From Phyllobates terribilis (taxonomy: Eukaryota), in contig NW_027362763.1 in NCBI RefSeq assembly GCF_046119375.1, positions 152,520,001 to 152,584,000 on the forward strand: a DNA stretch of 64,000 bases. Reading direction: 5' to 3'. The position numbers and the translations under genes are program-made. Shown in pieces: positions 37,390 through 50,344 of the stretch. Numbering within the stretch: the first letter of the stretch is position 1; each line of letters starts with the position of its first letter. The notes under the pieces are model-generated. The model ran no database searches. It was not told the origin of the DNA and saw only the letters and a program-made list of their open reading frames with translations.

Positions 37390-37793
37390 TCTGTGAGGAT
37401 TCATGGTGTCAGTGTAAATCTTCCATGGGTGGAGACAAAGTTGCAACTATCAAGTCCAGGTTGTCTGTGGGAGGATGAATATATTGTGTCTATTTCTCTC
37501 TCTCCCCCTGATCTGCCTGGATATATGAATAGTGTTGAGCGATACCTTCCGATATCAGGAAATATCGGATCGGATTGGATCTGGCCGATACCCAAAAAGT
37601 ATCGGATATCGCCGATTCCGATACCGGAAACCAATGCAAGTCAATGGGACACAAATATCGGAATGAAAATAAACCCTTTCTTTCCTTGCAGGTTAATTCT
37701 ACATGAAGTAAAACAACTAACAATAATGTAGAATGTATTGGGGGAGGTGGTTGCCCAAATCGATGGGAACAGTGCTCACAGTGAAACATGAAA

Positions 37794-38370
37794 AGCCGGC
37801 AATTCATCAGCGGCATACACCGGTACCCGACAATTTATAACAGAAAGAATAGAGCTTCACACATAGATTAGATAGATAGAAACATGTCAGTCACATATAT
37901 AAGAAGTACAGTGACAGTGTTGCTTACTGTACTTGTCATTTAGTGTAAAGGATTTATTTAAATAAATATTAGTGTTTTCATGCACCGTCTCTTTAAAAAA
38001 GCCGGCCGGCAATTCAGCATCTGTACCCGACAATTTATAACAGAAAGAATAGAGCTTCACACATAGATTAGATAGATAGAAACATGTCAGTCACATATAT
38101 AAGAAGTACAGTGACAGTGTTGCTTACTGTACTTGTTATTTAGCGTAAAGGATTTATTAAAAAAAATATTAGTGTTTTCATGCACCGTCTCTTTAAAAAA
38201 GTCGGCCGGCAATTCAGCATCTGTACCTGACAATTTAGAATAGAAAGAATAGAGAATCACACATAGATTAGATAGATAGAAGCATGTCAGTCACATATAT
38301 AAGAAGTACAGTGATAGTGTTGATTACTGTACTTGTCATTTAGTGTTAAAATAAAGGATTTATTAAAAAA
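37794..38370. repeat. Three ~200-bp tandem repeats inside the 5-kb hAT
   Basis: GCCGGCAATTCA...CACATAGATTAGATAGATAG...CTTACTGTACTTG block repeated from ~37794, ~38002 and ~38203. Confidence 0.85.
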
Positions 38371-38881
38371 AAAATTGGCGTGGGGTTCCCCGTAATTTTA
38401 GTCTCTAGCGGAGGTTAAGCAGACGTCTGGGGCAGATGTTTGAAGCCTGGGAAGGGGGTAATACCCACGGAGCTTCCCAGGCTACTAATATCAGCCCCCA
38501 GCTGAATACCTAGCCTTTTCTAGCTATTAAAATGGGGGACCCCCCCATAAAAATGACGTGGGTCCCCCCTATTTTAATAGCTAGCAAAGGCTAGGCAGAC
38601 AGCTGGGGCTGATATTAATAGCCCAGGAAGGGTGCCATGAATATTGGCTCCCTCCCAGGCTAGAAACACCAGCCGTCAGCCGCCCCAGAAATGGCGCATC
38701 CGTCGGATGCGCCAATTCTGGCACTTAGCCTCGCTCTTCCCACTGCCCTGTAGCGGTGGCAGTGGGTTAATGGGGTTCGGGTTGATGTCATCTTATAATG
38801 CCAGCTGACATCAAGCCCAGGTTAGTAATGGAGAGGCGTCTATAAGACACCCCCATTACTAACCCCATAGTCAAAGTTAAA

Positions 38882-39598
38882 AAAAACACAAACACCCAGA
38901 ATAAAGTCCTTTAATTGAAATAAACACACAATTCTTTATTGTTCTAAATTAAACCATACTTACCGTCACACCCATTCCAGCTGAAGCCAACGATCTCCTG
39001 CTATAAAAATAAAATAATAAAGCAACCTCATCCTTACCTTCCCATGGTTCCCAGGACAGCTTCAGCTCTGCTACATCGAGATGACAGGCTGGACCGCAGT
39101 AGAACGCTGCCATCCAGCCTGTCATCCCGCAGACACTGAGAAGCGCAGGCATGCTTGCGCTCCTCAGTGTCTGGCTGTGACGGCATCCAGATGAGGCGAC
39201 AATGAACTCAGTTCACCTCATGCATGTCACTGACAGCGTGGGAGAATTCTCCTGCGCATGCGGTGACCGTGAGAGACTCGGCTCATCTGGATGCCGTCAC
39301 AGCCTGACACTGAGGAGAGCAAGCATGCCTGCGCTTCTCATTGTCTGCGGGATGACAGGCTGGATGGCAGCGTTCTGCTGCGGTCCAGCCTGTCATCTCG
39401 ATGTAGCAGAGCTGAAGCTGTCCTGGGAACCATGGAAAGGTAAGGATGAGGTTGGTTTATTATTTTTCATTTATTGCAGGAGATCGTTGGCTTCAGCTGG
39501 AATGGGCATGATGGTAAGCATGGTTTAATTTAGAACAATAAAGAATTGGTGTTTATTTCAATTAAAGGACTTTTTTCTGGGTGTTGTGTTTTTTTTTT
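38882..39598. repeat. Inverted repeat with ~310-bp arms and ~87-bp spacer
   Basis: 38882-39194 is the reverse complement of 39282-39598. The ORF track shows near-identical peptides on opposite strands (38949-39152 minus, 39202-39528 plus). Confidence 0.9.
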
Positions 39599-39764
39599 TA
39601 AATACTTTACTAGAAATTCATGGCGGTCATGTCTAATATTGACGTGACCCCATGAATTTCGGGCTTAGGGTCAGCTGATAATGCCAAGCTGGCCCTAACC
39701 CCTTTATTACCCAGTGAGCCACCGCACCAGTGTCCTGGATGAGTTGGGTACAGCGCCAGAAGAT

Positions 39765-40551
39765 GGCTTTGCCATATTTTTGTATGCCAGCCAGGTACAG
39801 CATCCAGCTTCTATGAACGCGCCATTTTCCGGGGTGGCTGCGGACTGCAATTTGCAGCGGGGGGGGCCCAGAAAGCTTGGGTCTCCCTGCGCTGCAGATT
39901 CCAGCCCCCAGCTGCCTAGTTGTACCTGGCTGGACACAAAAATAGGGCGAATCTCTACGTATCTTTTTTTTTTTAATTATTTCATGAAATTCATGAAATA
40001 ATTAAGAAAAAAAGGCCTTCCCTATATTGTTGTGTCCGGCCAGGTACAAATAGGCAGCTGGTGGTTGGGGGCAGCCCGTTCCTGCCTGCTGTACCTGACT
40101 GGACACAAATATAGGGCGAAGCCCCACATCAATTTTTTTTTAATTATTTCATGAATTTCCTGAAATAATTAAAAAAAAATTGACGTGGGGCTTCGCCCTA
40201 TATTTGTGTCCAGCCAGGTACAGCAGGCAGGAACGGGCTGCCCCCAACCACCAGCTGCCTATTTGTTCCTGGTTGGACTCAACAATATAGGGAAGCCCTT
40301 TTTTTCTTTATTATTTCATGAATTTCATTAAATAATTTAAAAAAAAATTACGTGGGGCTTCTCCCTATTTTTGTGTCTAGCCAGGTACAACTAGGCAGCT
40401 GGGGGCTGGAATCTGCAGCGCAGGGAGGCCCAAGCTTTCTGGGCACCCCCACCCCCGCTGCAAATTGCAGTCCGCAGCCACCCCGGAAAATGGCGCGTTC
40501 ATAGAAGCTGGATGCTGTACCTGGCTGGCATACAAAAAATATGGCAAAGCC
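39765..40551. repeat. ~787-bp near-perfect palindrome centred at 40156
   Basis: Centre TAATTATTTCATGAA-T-TTCCTGAAATAATTA; arms remain complementary out to GGCTTTGCCATAT / ATATGGCAAAGCC. Confidence 0.9.
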
Positions 40552-43500
40552 CACGTCAAAATTTTTGGGAAAAATTAATTAAAAAATAAATAATAATTTA
40601 GGGACTGCATCTTTATTAACTCCTCAAATGTCATTTAGTGTTAAAATAAGGGATTTATTTAAAAAAAAATTGGCGTGGGATCCCCCATAATTTTAGTCTC
40701 TAGCGGAGGTTAAGCCGACGGCTGGGGCAGATTTTTGAAGCCTGGGAAGGGGGTAATACCCACGGAGCTTCCCAGACTACTAATATCGGCCCCCTCCCAG
40801 GCTAGAAACACCAGCCGTCAGCCGCCCCAGAAATGGCTCATCCATAGGATGCGCCAATTCTGGCACTTAGCCTCGCTCTTCCATGCTGCCCTGGTGCGGT
40901 GGCAGGGGGTAATAGGGTTGGGGTTCATGTCAGCGCCAGCTGCCATGAAACCCAGGTTAGTAATGATGGGCGTCTATAAGACACCCCCATTACTAATCTA
41001 CAAAGTGTTAAAAAGAAAAAAACACACTACACCCAGAAAAAAATAATTTTTTGAAATAAAACACACCATTTTATTTAATTCTTAGTTTACTAAAAAAAAT
41101 AGTTACCTGTCCACGTTCCTGCGCTGATCTCCCATGCATGGCTGCTGTAAGCTCCTGACTGAGGTCACCGGAGTGCATTCAGGCAGCGCAGATCCGGAGA
41201 CCTCCTTTACGGCACTGCTGTACCGTGGGAATTTCTCACGATACAGCAGGACCGTAAAGGAGCTAACCGGAGCAGCGCTGCCTGAACTCCGGCGAACCCG
41301 CTTATGCAGTGATGGGGCTGCTTTGCGGCCCCGTCATTCTAGCGGCGGCAGCGGTTCAGAGCGGTCACATTCTATGTGGCTGCTCTAAACTGGAGATCAT
41401 CGTGGGACACTTGTGGACTACTACAGAGGGGTAAGGAAAAGGTTGTGGTTTATTATTTTAGATTTTATTACAGGAGATCAATGGCTTCGGGGAATTTGGT
41501 GTCTAGGTGAGTATAGGTGTATTTTTTTATTTTTTACTTTATTTTAGGTGGCGATCGGCGGGGACAGGTAATGTATGAACTAATTTATTGTAGGTAACCA
41601 CTGGCCACCAATGAAATGTATTTAAAATTTATTGGGGACACAGTAGGGCAATTTAAATAGCAGGATCAGGCTGATGGGAACTACTTCTCCCATCGAGCTG
41701 ATCCTGCTGGTATGAGTGGACGGGGGACAGACATAGGCCGATGGGAGTAGTAGTGTCACATTGGCCTAAGTCTCCCTGCACACACACACCCCCCAGACAT
41801 CGCACAGACACCGCGCACACCCGCACACACTCGCAGACATCGCACAGACACCGCGCACACACCCGCAGACATCGCACAGACACCGCACACACACCAATCA
41901 TGACCGGTCTGATGGTCTGGGAGGTGAGGCTGACCTGTGCGGCCGTGGGAAAGTTCATGTGAGTTCATGCAATGCAGTCAAGCATGAACTCACATGAACA
42001 CTCTGAGGGCACCGCGGCTACTTCAAATGAACAGCTGATCAGCATCACCTGATACCTCAGCTGTTCATTTGAAATAACCGGCGGGAAAGGGCAGCACAGA
42101 ACGGGAAAGCCGGCCGTAAAGTCTTTTCACTGCCGGCTTCCCCGCCCGGGTCCTTCGCTCCCCGCTCCTTGGTGCTGTGCTCCCCGCCCGGTCCTAACTT
42201 ACGATCGGGATGGGAGGTGGCGAGGGGAGTGGAGGATCGGGGTGGGAGGCTGCGGGGAAGCAGTATGGGGCTGTGTGATTGTTTAAAAGCCGGCGGCTTT
42301 TTACCGCCCGCCGGCTTTTAAACAATCAGTAGAATTCTCTCACGCTGGGATGGCATTCTGATGACAGGCTGGATCGCAGCTGAGCGCTGCCATCCAGCTT
42401 GTCATCCTTCAGAGACACTGCAGAGCGCAGGCATTATGGGAACTTCCGATTCCAGTATTCGTTATTGTAAAAGTATCGGAATTAAGTATTGGAATTCCGA
42501 TACCGCGAATATCGGCCGATACCCGATATTTCAGTATCGGAATGCTCAACACTATATATGAATCCTCCATCCTCTGTACAGCAGCAGCATTACTTCATTA
42601 TAGAAAGGTCTCCCAATAAGATATCTACTGAAATAAGGAGTCTGTCAGCCTCTGTATAACTCCTCTAACTACTTGCTGGATTACAATATCACAATTATAA
42701 ACCCAGGCAGAGATAAAGGGCGTCCTTATATGCCCCAATAAGATTTGTGCCCAGGTTTGCCAGGTCTTAATATCCTCTAGTGGTATTTTGCCTTTAAACA
42801 TAACCCAGTATTAAAGTGCATTGGAGTATAACGTTCCTCCAGTACAGTAATAGTGCGTATTAGGTCACACTTAGTTTCGTCCACTCTAAGTTTGCAAATA
42901 GCTCCTCCGCTCAACGATGGCTGGCCCTGGTGTCCCCTAGTAGGGCCTATCCAACTCAGACCACCACCAACCAGAACCAGTCAATACTTAGAAACCAATT
43001 AACAGAGCATGTCGTTGACCTATTATCCTCAAGAAGATTTAAGACATTAACAGTTAATCAAGTCAGGATAAATCCAGTAGATCAGTACTTGTGATGGAGT
43101 AATTATAGATACACAGTGTTAAATATACATTACTCACAAAAAGTTAAGGATATTTGATTTTCGGGCAAAATTTATGGAAAATGTAAAAAGTTCACGCTAC
43201 AGTGATATTTTATCATGAAATTAGGGCATTTAAGTAGAAGCATACAGGGGCCCCAAAGGAGAGGGGGCCCGATCAGCTGCTGCAATGTCTGGTCCTCACA
43301 TGGAGCCAGCGGCAACATCTCCACTAAGAGGAGAGGAAGAGGCCCGTACCTGATTCATTTCCGGTCACACAGGGGCCTGCACTCCGCAAAATATGTCAGA
43401 ATGGGCCCTTTTCTCTCCTCTTAGTTGGTGCTGCTGGTTCTATGCTGCAGGAGCTCGAGATTCCTGGACACGCTTTCACATTAATCCCCCCTGCCCTCCT

Positions 43501-44264
43501 AAGGGGGCTTTATTGGAAAACTGCTGCACTGGCCCATTCACAAGCAGTAGCTGCAGTGTGAATGCTGCCTGAGTGGCTCAGTTCCCCAATAAATCCCACT
43601 TAGTACAGGGGATGGTAAGTGGCTGCTGGAGGGAGAGGAGGTTGATGTGATGGCCGATGGTACTATGGGTCAGGCCGCTCAGAACTTCTCAGGAGGCTAG
43701 TGTCAGATTTACTAACTGCATGGAGGTATTGAGGAGACAGGTCTGGCTGACAGCTGGAGATCTGGCCTGTAGTGCTCATGGAGGACAGAAGACCAATGGG
43801 AAGGAGCTGCCGAAGATGGGAGAATGCACCTGCCAGAGGGACATCATATGTAAGTATGTGTACTGTATGTACCTGTGTAGTGTTTATATGTATCTCTGTG
43901 CACTGATGTACTGTGATTATCTGTGTATGTACAGTATGTGTGTATTCACACAAAGATAACCACGGTACAATATACTGTATATATATTAGCATCTGAGTGT
44001 ACAGTAGTTATCTATGTGTATATATATCTGTAGACAGTATGCGTAAACGTAAATATCACTTAAGGAGGTTTCCTGGGGGCAATGACGTCATGCATGATCG
44101 TGGGGACACCGAAGTCAGCTGGCGGCTCCGTTACCTGGTCAGCTTGGTCGCCATAAAAGGAGGGAGGCCCAAACACATTTCTTGCACAGGGGCCCCAAGC
44201 TGTCTGTGTCCGCAGGGGCTTCTCACTGTAACATTCACAAAGTATTCAGCAGTTCTGTATTGAC

Positions 44265-45042
44265 TAGACTCACCTGCCCACACTGTAACACCACCACCAT
44301 CACAACTTGTCTGGTGACAACAGTGGCTGATGCAGAGCACTCTCCTTGACATCTCCAACATTGTTGGCAGCAATCATATAAGCTCAGCGTGAATCGACTT
44401 TCATCAGTGAACAGCACTGAGGCCCACTGGTCTCACATCCAGTATAAATACTCACTGGCACTTGATAGTGTGGTCAGGTACACTTGCAGGTCATCTAGCA
44501 CGCAGATCACACTGATGTTAACAGTTTTGAGAGTCTGACGTGACACTTGGGTGCCTCTCACCTTTAAATGTGTTGTGTGGCATTCATCATTCGGTTCCGA
44601 AGAGCAATGTTCACAATGAAACCGTCATCAATGTGGGACGTGGCCAAAGGACGTCCACTTCTCTACCTTTCTGTAACTCTTTCAGTCTCTCTGTATCTCT
44701 GTTGCAACCTGCTGATGACACTCTGTGACGCTCTAACCTCAGTGGCCACTGTGAACATCCTGATTAAAGGTACTGTTGATCAATTGTTAGGTGTTGTCTT
44801 GGTCTCATAATGTCAAAATGTGAACAGCACGATGAGGAGGACAGTTTAAATACCAATCCTAATTGAACCCCCAAAATATATTGGCCGATTCATGAATCAA
44901 ACACCTGTTGTGAATTTTTCCAATAAGCTCCATGTTAGAGAATAGCAAGTTGTGCAAAAAGTCCTGAAACATTGAACAGTTGGACATGTGCATTCAAAAG
45001 TTTAGAGAATGTCACATTAAGTTCACCTGAAAAGGTTAGAGT
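44265..45042 (-). mobile_element. Paralogous Tc1/mariner fragment, unit B
   Basis: ORF 44235-44417 (-) MLFTDESRFTLSLYDCCQQCWRCQGE; same junction with a hAT end at 45043. Confidence 0.7.
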
Positions 45043-45199
45043 TAGTGATGAGCGAGCGTGCTCGTCAATGCTCGGTACTTGCCCAAGCATCTCACTGCTC
45101 GAGATGCTCGGCGAGTATTCCCGGGATGCACGGGCGGGAGCTCGGGTCCACGCCCTGCATGTTTGGTGCTCTTTAGAGAGCCAATGAACATGCAGGGAT
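45043..45199 (+). mobile_element. Left end of the older hAT, unit B
   Basis: TAGTGATGAGCGAGCG at the same Tc1 junction as 13343; fused at 45200 to Gypsy pol. Confidence 0.75.
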
Positions 45200-45220
45200 G
45201 AACACCTGCCCCGGTATGCC

Positions 45221-48200
45221 ATGCTAGCCAAATTGTTCACCATAAACAAAAATTCTGTAAAGGCCGTAGAACCCTTGCCTCCATCTCAACCAGAGGAAGG
45301 TAACGGCTCTAAGAAACAAATGAAGGACTGGTGTCAGCAACTGCATTTGGGTACTGACTCCACTCCCTCACACCAAAATCAGGGAGTCTACCGGGTGGTT
45401 CAGGAGTACGAAAGAGTCTTTAGTAAACACCCGCTAGACTTCGGGCGAGTAAAAGGGGTAGAACATCACATCCCCACAGGAGACCATCCACCCATAAAGG
45501 AAAGATACCGACCTGTACCCCCTGCACACTATCAGCATGCAAAGGGGATGTTGCGGGACATGAAGGAGGCTGGGGTAATCAGGGACAGCTTTAGCCCCTG
45601 GGCAGCTCCACTAGTTCTAGTGAAAAAGAAGGACAACACAATGATAATGTGCGTGGACTACAGAAAGGTCAACCGTATCACACACAAAGATGCGTACCCG
45701 TTACCTAGAATAGAAGAATATTTAGCTGCATTAAAATCTGCTAACTTCTTCTCCACTTTGGATCTTACTAGCGGGTACTGGCAGGTTCCTGTAGCAGAGG
45801 CAGACAAGGAGAAGACTGCATTCACCACCCCGATGGGTCTCAGCGAATTCAACTGTATGCCGTTCGGGCTCTGCAACGCACCAGGAACCTTCCAGCGGTT
45901 GATGGAATGCTGTCTGGGACACCGGAATTTCGAGACGGTCCTGTTATACCTGGACGACGTCATCATTTATTCCAAGACCTACGAGGACCATCTGAAACAC
46001 CTGGCAGAAGTGTTTGACGCCCTGGCAAGCTACGGCCTAAAGGTGAAACCCTCCAAGTGTCACCTGCTGAAACCAAAGGTGCAGTACCTGGGACACGTGG
46101 TGAGTGCTGACGGAGTGGCTCCCGACCCGATAAAATCACCGTGATTAAAGACTGGCCAAGACCCTCCAGCGTAAAGGAAGTGCGGCAGTTTCTCGGGTTG
46201 GTAGGCTACTACCGAAGATTCATTCCCGGTTTCACCAAAATGGCAGCTCCTATGCAGAACCTCCTAATAGGTCAATCCAGGAAGGCCAAAAACCAGAAGC
46301 CGCCCTTCAGGTGGGAAAAGCTGGAAGAGGAGTCCTTCCGCCAGCTGAAGATGGCCCTCACGGGGGATAAAATCCTGGCGTACCCTGACTACAGCCAGCC
46401 CTTTATCCTCCACACGGACGCGAGCAACATCGGGCTAGGAGACGTACTGTCCCAGATCCAGCAGGGGAAAGAACGGGTAATTGCTTACACCAGCCGAAAA
46501 CTACGGCCCACGGAGAGGAACCCTGAGAATTATAGCTCATTCAAGCTAGAGTTCCTGGCAGTGGTGTGGGCAGTGACCGATCATTTCAAGCATTACCTTG
46601 CCTCTTCCAAGTTCACCGTGTACACGGATAACAACCCGTTGACACACCTGGACACTGCAAGACTTGGTGCCCTGGAGCAGAGATGGATGGCCCGCCTGTC
46701 CAACTATGAATTCACCATCAAATACCGGGCGGGAGGCTCAAATTCCAACGCGGATGCCCTGTCCAGAATGCCAAACCTACCGGACGTAGGGGAAGATCCA
46801 GAAGAACTGGAAGAGGTCGAACTCCCTGCTTTCCATCATCATGGGATTACCCTGTATTCCCACCGTGTAAGGGACAGGCGCTCTGCCACGTTCAATCCCT
46901 TACCCCACTACAGCTGGGTGGAGACACAAGACAGTGATCCCGCAGTCCATCTGGTGAAGGAAATGCTGACACAGGCTGATGCCTGTCTTGACCCAGACGC
47001 TCCGGAGGAGACCAAGCAACTGTGGAAGGAGAAAAGTAGACTGTTTCTTTACAAGGAGAAGCTGTGCCGGAGAATGGTCAACTCTAGAACACATGAGCTG
47101 ACCTGGCAGGTAGTGGTCCCAAGACGAGACGCGGCTATGGTTCTGGAGGCATACCATGACGGAGCAGGACACTTCGGATGGAAGAAGCTGGAGTTCCTGT
47201 TGCGTGGACGGTTCTACTGGGTAGGCATGAGAGGAGCCATCGAGAGGTGGTGCAGAGACTGTGGCCCGTGCAGCCTAAGAAGAAGAGACTGTGCCAGCCA
47301 GAAGACTCCCCTGCAGCCCATCATCACCAGGCAGCCACTGGAACTGGTAGCTCTGGACCATGTGAAACTGGCTCCAAGCAAATCTGGGTATGTCTACGCC
47401 CTCACCATCGTAGATCACTACTCCCGGTTATTGGTGGTGGTCCCTGTCAAGGACTTAACGGCTCAAACAGCAGCTAGAGCCTTCCAACAGCACTTCTGCC
47501 GTCCACACGGGTATCCGGAGCAATTGCTGATGGACCAAGGGCCAGCCTTTGAAGCGGAGGTCTTCCAAGAGTTCTGCAATCTGTATGGCTGCAGGAAGAT
47601 AAGAACAACGCCCTATCACCCTCAGAAAACGGACTATGTGAGAAAATGAACCAGGTGGTGATAGACTTGCTAAAACATTGCCCCTGGAAGAACGCAGTCT
47701 GTGGCCTGAAAAACTGCCTGATCTGGTGGACTTGTATAATCACATCCCCGTAGGTTCCACCAACTGTACCCCGGCTTACCTAATGAGAGTAAGACCTGGT
47801 AAGCTGCCTATTGACCTGGATATGGGAGTCCTGACACCTGAGGACACCTCGCCAGAGGCAGACTGGGATACAGAACTGCATCAGCAGTATCGGAAAGTAC
47901 AGGAGAGCGTCGAGCGAAGTCTGTCTCAAGCAAGAGAAAGGCAAGAGAAGACTTATAACCAGCATGCTCCCGCTGTTCCCCTGATACCTGGAGAGCGGGT
48001 CTTGAAGAGAAAAAGGCGGCTCCACAAGTTGGACGACCAGTGGGAGAAGGACCCGTACACAGTACTGCCTTCAAGTCATGAGAACCCAAAAGTCTGTGTA
48101 ATCAGTAAGGATGGAGGAGAGACCACAGCCATTGTCTCCAGAGACCACCTGAAAAAGTGTCCCGAGCAGCTGCAAAGCCCTGACGAAGATCAAGAGAACC

Positions 48201-48580
48201 CTCAACCCGCAGAGGAAAGGGAAGAAATGATCAGTAACGTACTCAGAGACTTTCCCCGGTCCTGGACTCAAATCAACAACGCAGTCGTGGTACCCGTCCT
48301 CACCTTTCTCCAGCCAGCCCCTCCAGGGCCTACAGAAGAACAGGTAGTGTCAGAAGAGCAGCCAGCCCAAGAGGCAGAAGAATCCATACCAGCGGCCCAG
48401 GAGAATCAACCCTCTGCTAGTAGTGAGCCTGCCGTGCCCCTAGTAAGCCAAAGAGTACGCAGAAAGCTGCCAAACCTACCCGCAACACCTTCTACACCCT
48501 GTAGTGCAGAACCAGATAGTGGGTTACTTTGGTCCACCAGGAGCACTAGAGGACAGATGCCCGCTCGCTGGAGAATCTAA
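45221..48580 (+). pseudogene. Gypsy pol (RT-RNaseH-IN), interrupted by three apparent 1-bp deletions
   Basis: ORFs 45221-46144, 46141-47649 and 47678-48580 join into one pol if one base is restored at each of ~46129, ~47626 and ~47673. Confidence 0.85.
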
Positions 48581-49060
48581 ACTAAACTATAATGTAAATT
48601 TACCTATACATACGTAAATGCTGAAAAAGGTTTATGTTTTGTTGCCTGTTCATTGATTATGTTTCTCTAGTTACCCTGCAGGTTTATTTGGACTGACAGG
48701 TTATGGACGCTGAGTAACCGGAACTACATTGTAGATAGTTGCACCTTGGTGCCTCTTGCGAAGATGGCCGCGGAAGAGAAAATCCTGTCTGGCGTGGCCT
48801 CCTTGTGGCCCAAAGTAGCTAGTCTCAGCCTTGCAGCCACGCCCAGGGCCAACGTTTGGGGTTTGCTTTGGACAGGTCCCCTACTCCATTCCAAGACTTC
48901 ACCTTGTTGGGTGACATGGACATCCGGTTGTGGACACGCCGTGACCTCTAAAGACTAAAGCTTCTTGTACATATGTTGTTGTATTATTGTTTATACCCTG
49001 TATTTGTGTTTTCTTAGAAATGTGTTTAGTCCCGGAGTACTAAAATTTACTAGGGAAAAA

Positions 49061-49684
49061 TGTGGCACCCCAGGGGTCTGGTTACCACAGTAATAGAAAT
49101 ATTACGTCTGAGAGCAGGTGGGAGGTTTCCTGGTCAGGAGCCCTTAAACATGCAACACCTCCTGCCCAGACCTGGGAGGGGAGGAATCTGCCCTTATAAA
49201 CTGGGTCTGGGGCGGGATTAGTGAGTCAGAGCCTGGAGTGAAGTTCCAGACAGAGGGCAAGAGACAGCTAGGAGCTCTGTAGGAGCAGGAGCTGAGTGCC
49301 AGGGACTGGAAGCAGATATATTGCTCGTCCTGGCTGAAGAGACTACTTCTGGAAGCAATACTAGTACTGGGACGCCCGCGCACCATCACTCCCATCATCC
49401 ACATTCCCTGCCCTGAGGCCATACTCTTCCCGTGGGGAGTTATCCCATCTTTAGCTGCGCACACCACACCAGCCTCAGCGGACTGCCTCGCAGCTGCGGT
49501 ACACCCTGACCGCAATCCACGGGTGGCGTAGTCGGATATTAAACCACAAAAACCCTATAAAGACAGCCACTGGTTTGACCACCCTGAGCCACGGGACCGG
49601 GTCGCCGCCACGGAGACTACAACCCCCAGAGACCCGGCTCTGGGTATCCCACGCAAGCGCACACTCGGCGCAGGGGGCGCGTCA
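49061..49684 (+). repeat. 3' LTR of the Gypsy element (624 bp)
   Basis: TGTGGCACCCC...GGGGCGCGTCA termini directly after the purine tract; hAT sequence resumes at 49685. Confidence 0.8.
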
Positions 49685-50142
49685 ACTGTAATGCCGCAAC
49701 CATGTTGGTTGTGGGCATTACAGTGATTGGCTGGCCGCACAGCATCACCTTGAGTATTTAAAACCGGGCGCCGCCATCTTGGACACAGTCGCTCCGGATC
49801 AGACAGTGTAGGGAGAGTGCTGCTGAGCTAGGGAGAGATTTATACTGCGAAATAGGTAGTGTAGGATCTCTAAAGCCTGAAAAATAAAACAAACAGTTCT
49901 TCTGAGGACTAATATCCATCCCAGATATCAGGCAGGCAGGGAGGCTGTATAGGAGACGCAGTGGTTATACCAAAAAACACTGCATTACAGTCCTGTGTGC
50001 TGCTGCTGCTCAAATTGCTAGACTTAGCCCCAGGTCTCAGGGGTAGGGCCGGCTCCAGGTTTTTGTGGGCCCTGGGCGAAAGAGTCTCAGTGGGCCCCTT
50101 TAATACATACCAGGATTCATGATGCACAGATACCGCAGAGAA

Positions 50143-50197
<55 letters not shown>

Positions 50198-50344
50198 AAT
50201 GCAAAGATTTCACTTCTTACATTACATGACCGATATCTATTGTAAATTCCACAATAGCTCAGAAACCGGTGAATCGCTCCACACAGGATACTGGCCCCCA
50301 TATAATGCTCCATGCAGGCTGTTCCCCCCACATAATGCCCCATG

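Larger units (their letters stand above)
37530..42554. mobile_element. 5025-bp non-autonomous hAT element, unit B only
   Basis: TATATGAA|TAGTGTTGAGC...GCTCAACACTA|TATATGAA: 11-bp TIRs and a perfect 8-bp TSD. Empty site GGATATATGAATCCTCC at ~10427-10443 in unit A. No transposase ORF. Confidence 0.95.
45200..49684 (+). mobile_element. 5'-truncated Ty3/Gypsy LTR retrotransposon, unit B only
   Basis: pol with RT (SPWAAPLVLVKKKD, FSTLDLTSGYWQV, MPFGLCNAPGTFQR, YLDD), RNase H (TDAS), integrase (H-H-C-C, LDH, DQG, E). Purine tract TAGGGAAAAA precedes the 3' LTR. Confidence 0.93.

Noticed and set aside
47678-48580. 300-aa ORF with a Pro/Glu-rich tail as a separate gene or env-like ORF
   Set aside because: Its first part is the integrase C-terminus continuing from 47649 after small deletions; no signal peptide or transmembrane segment is evident.
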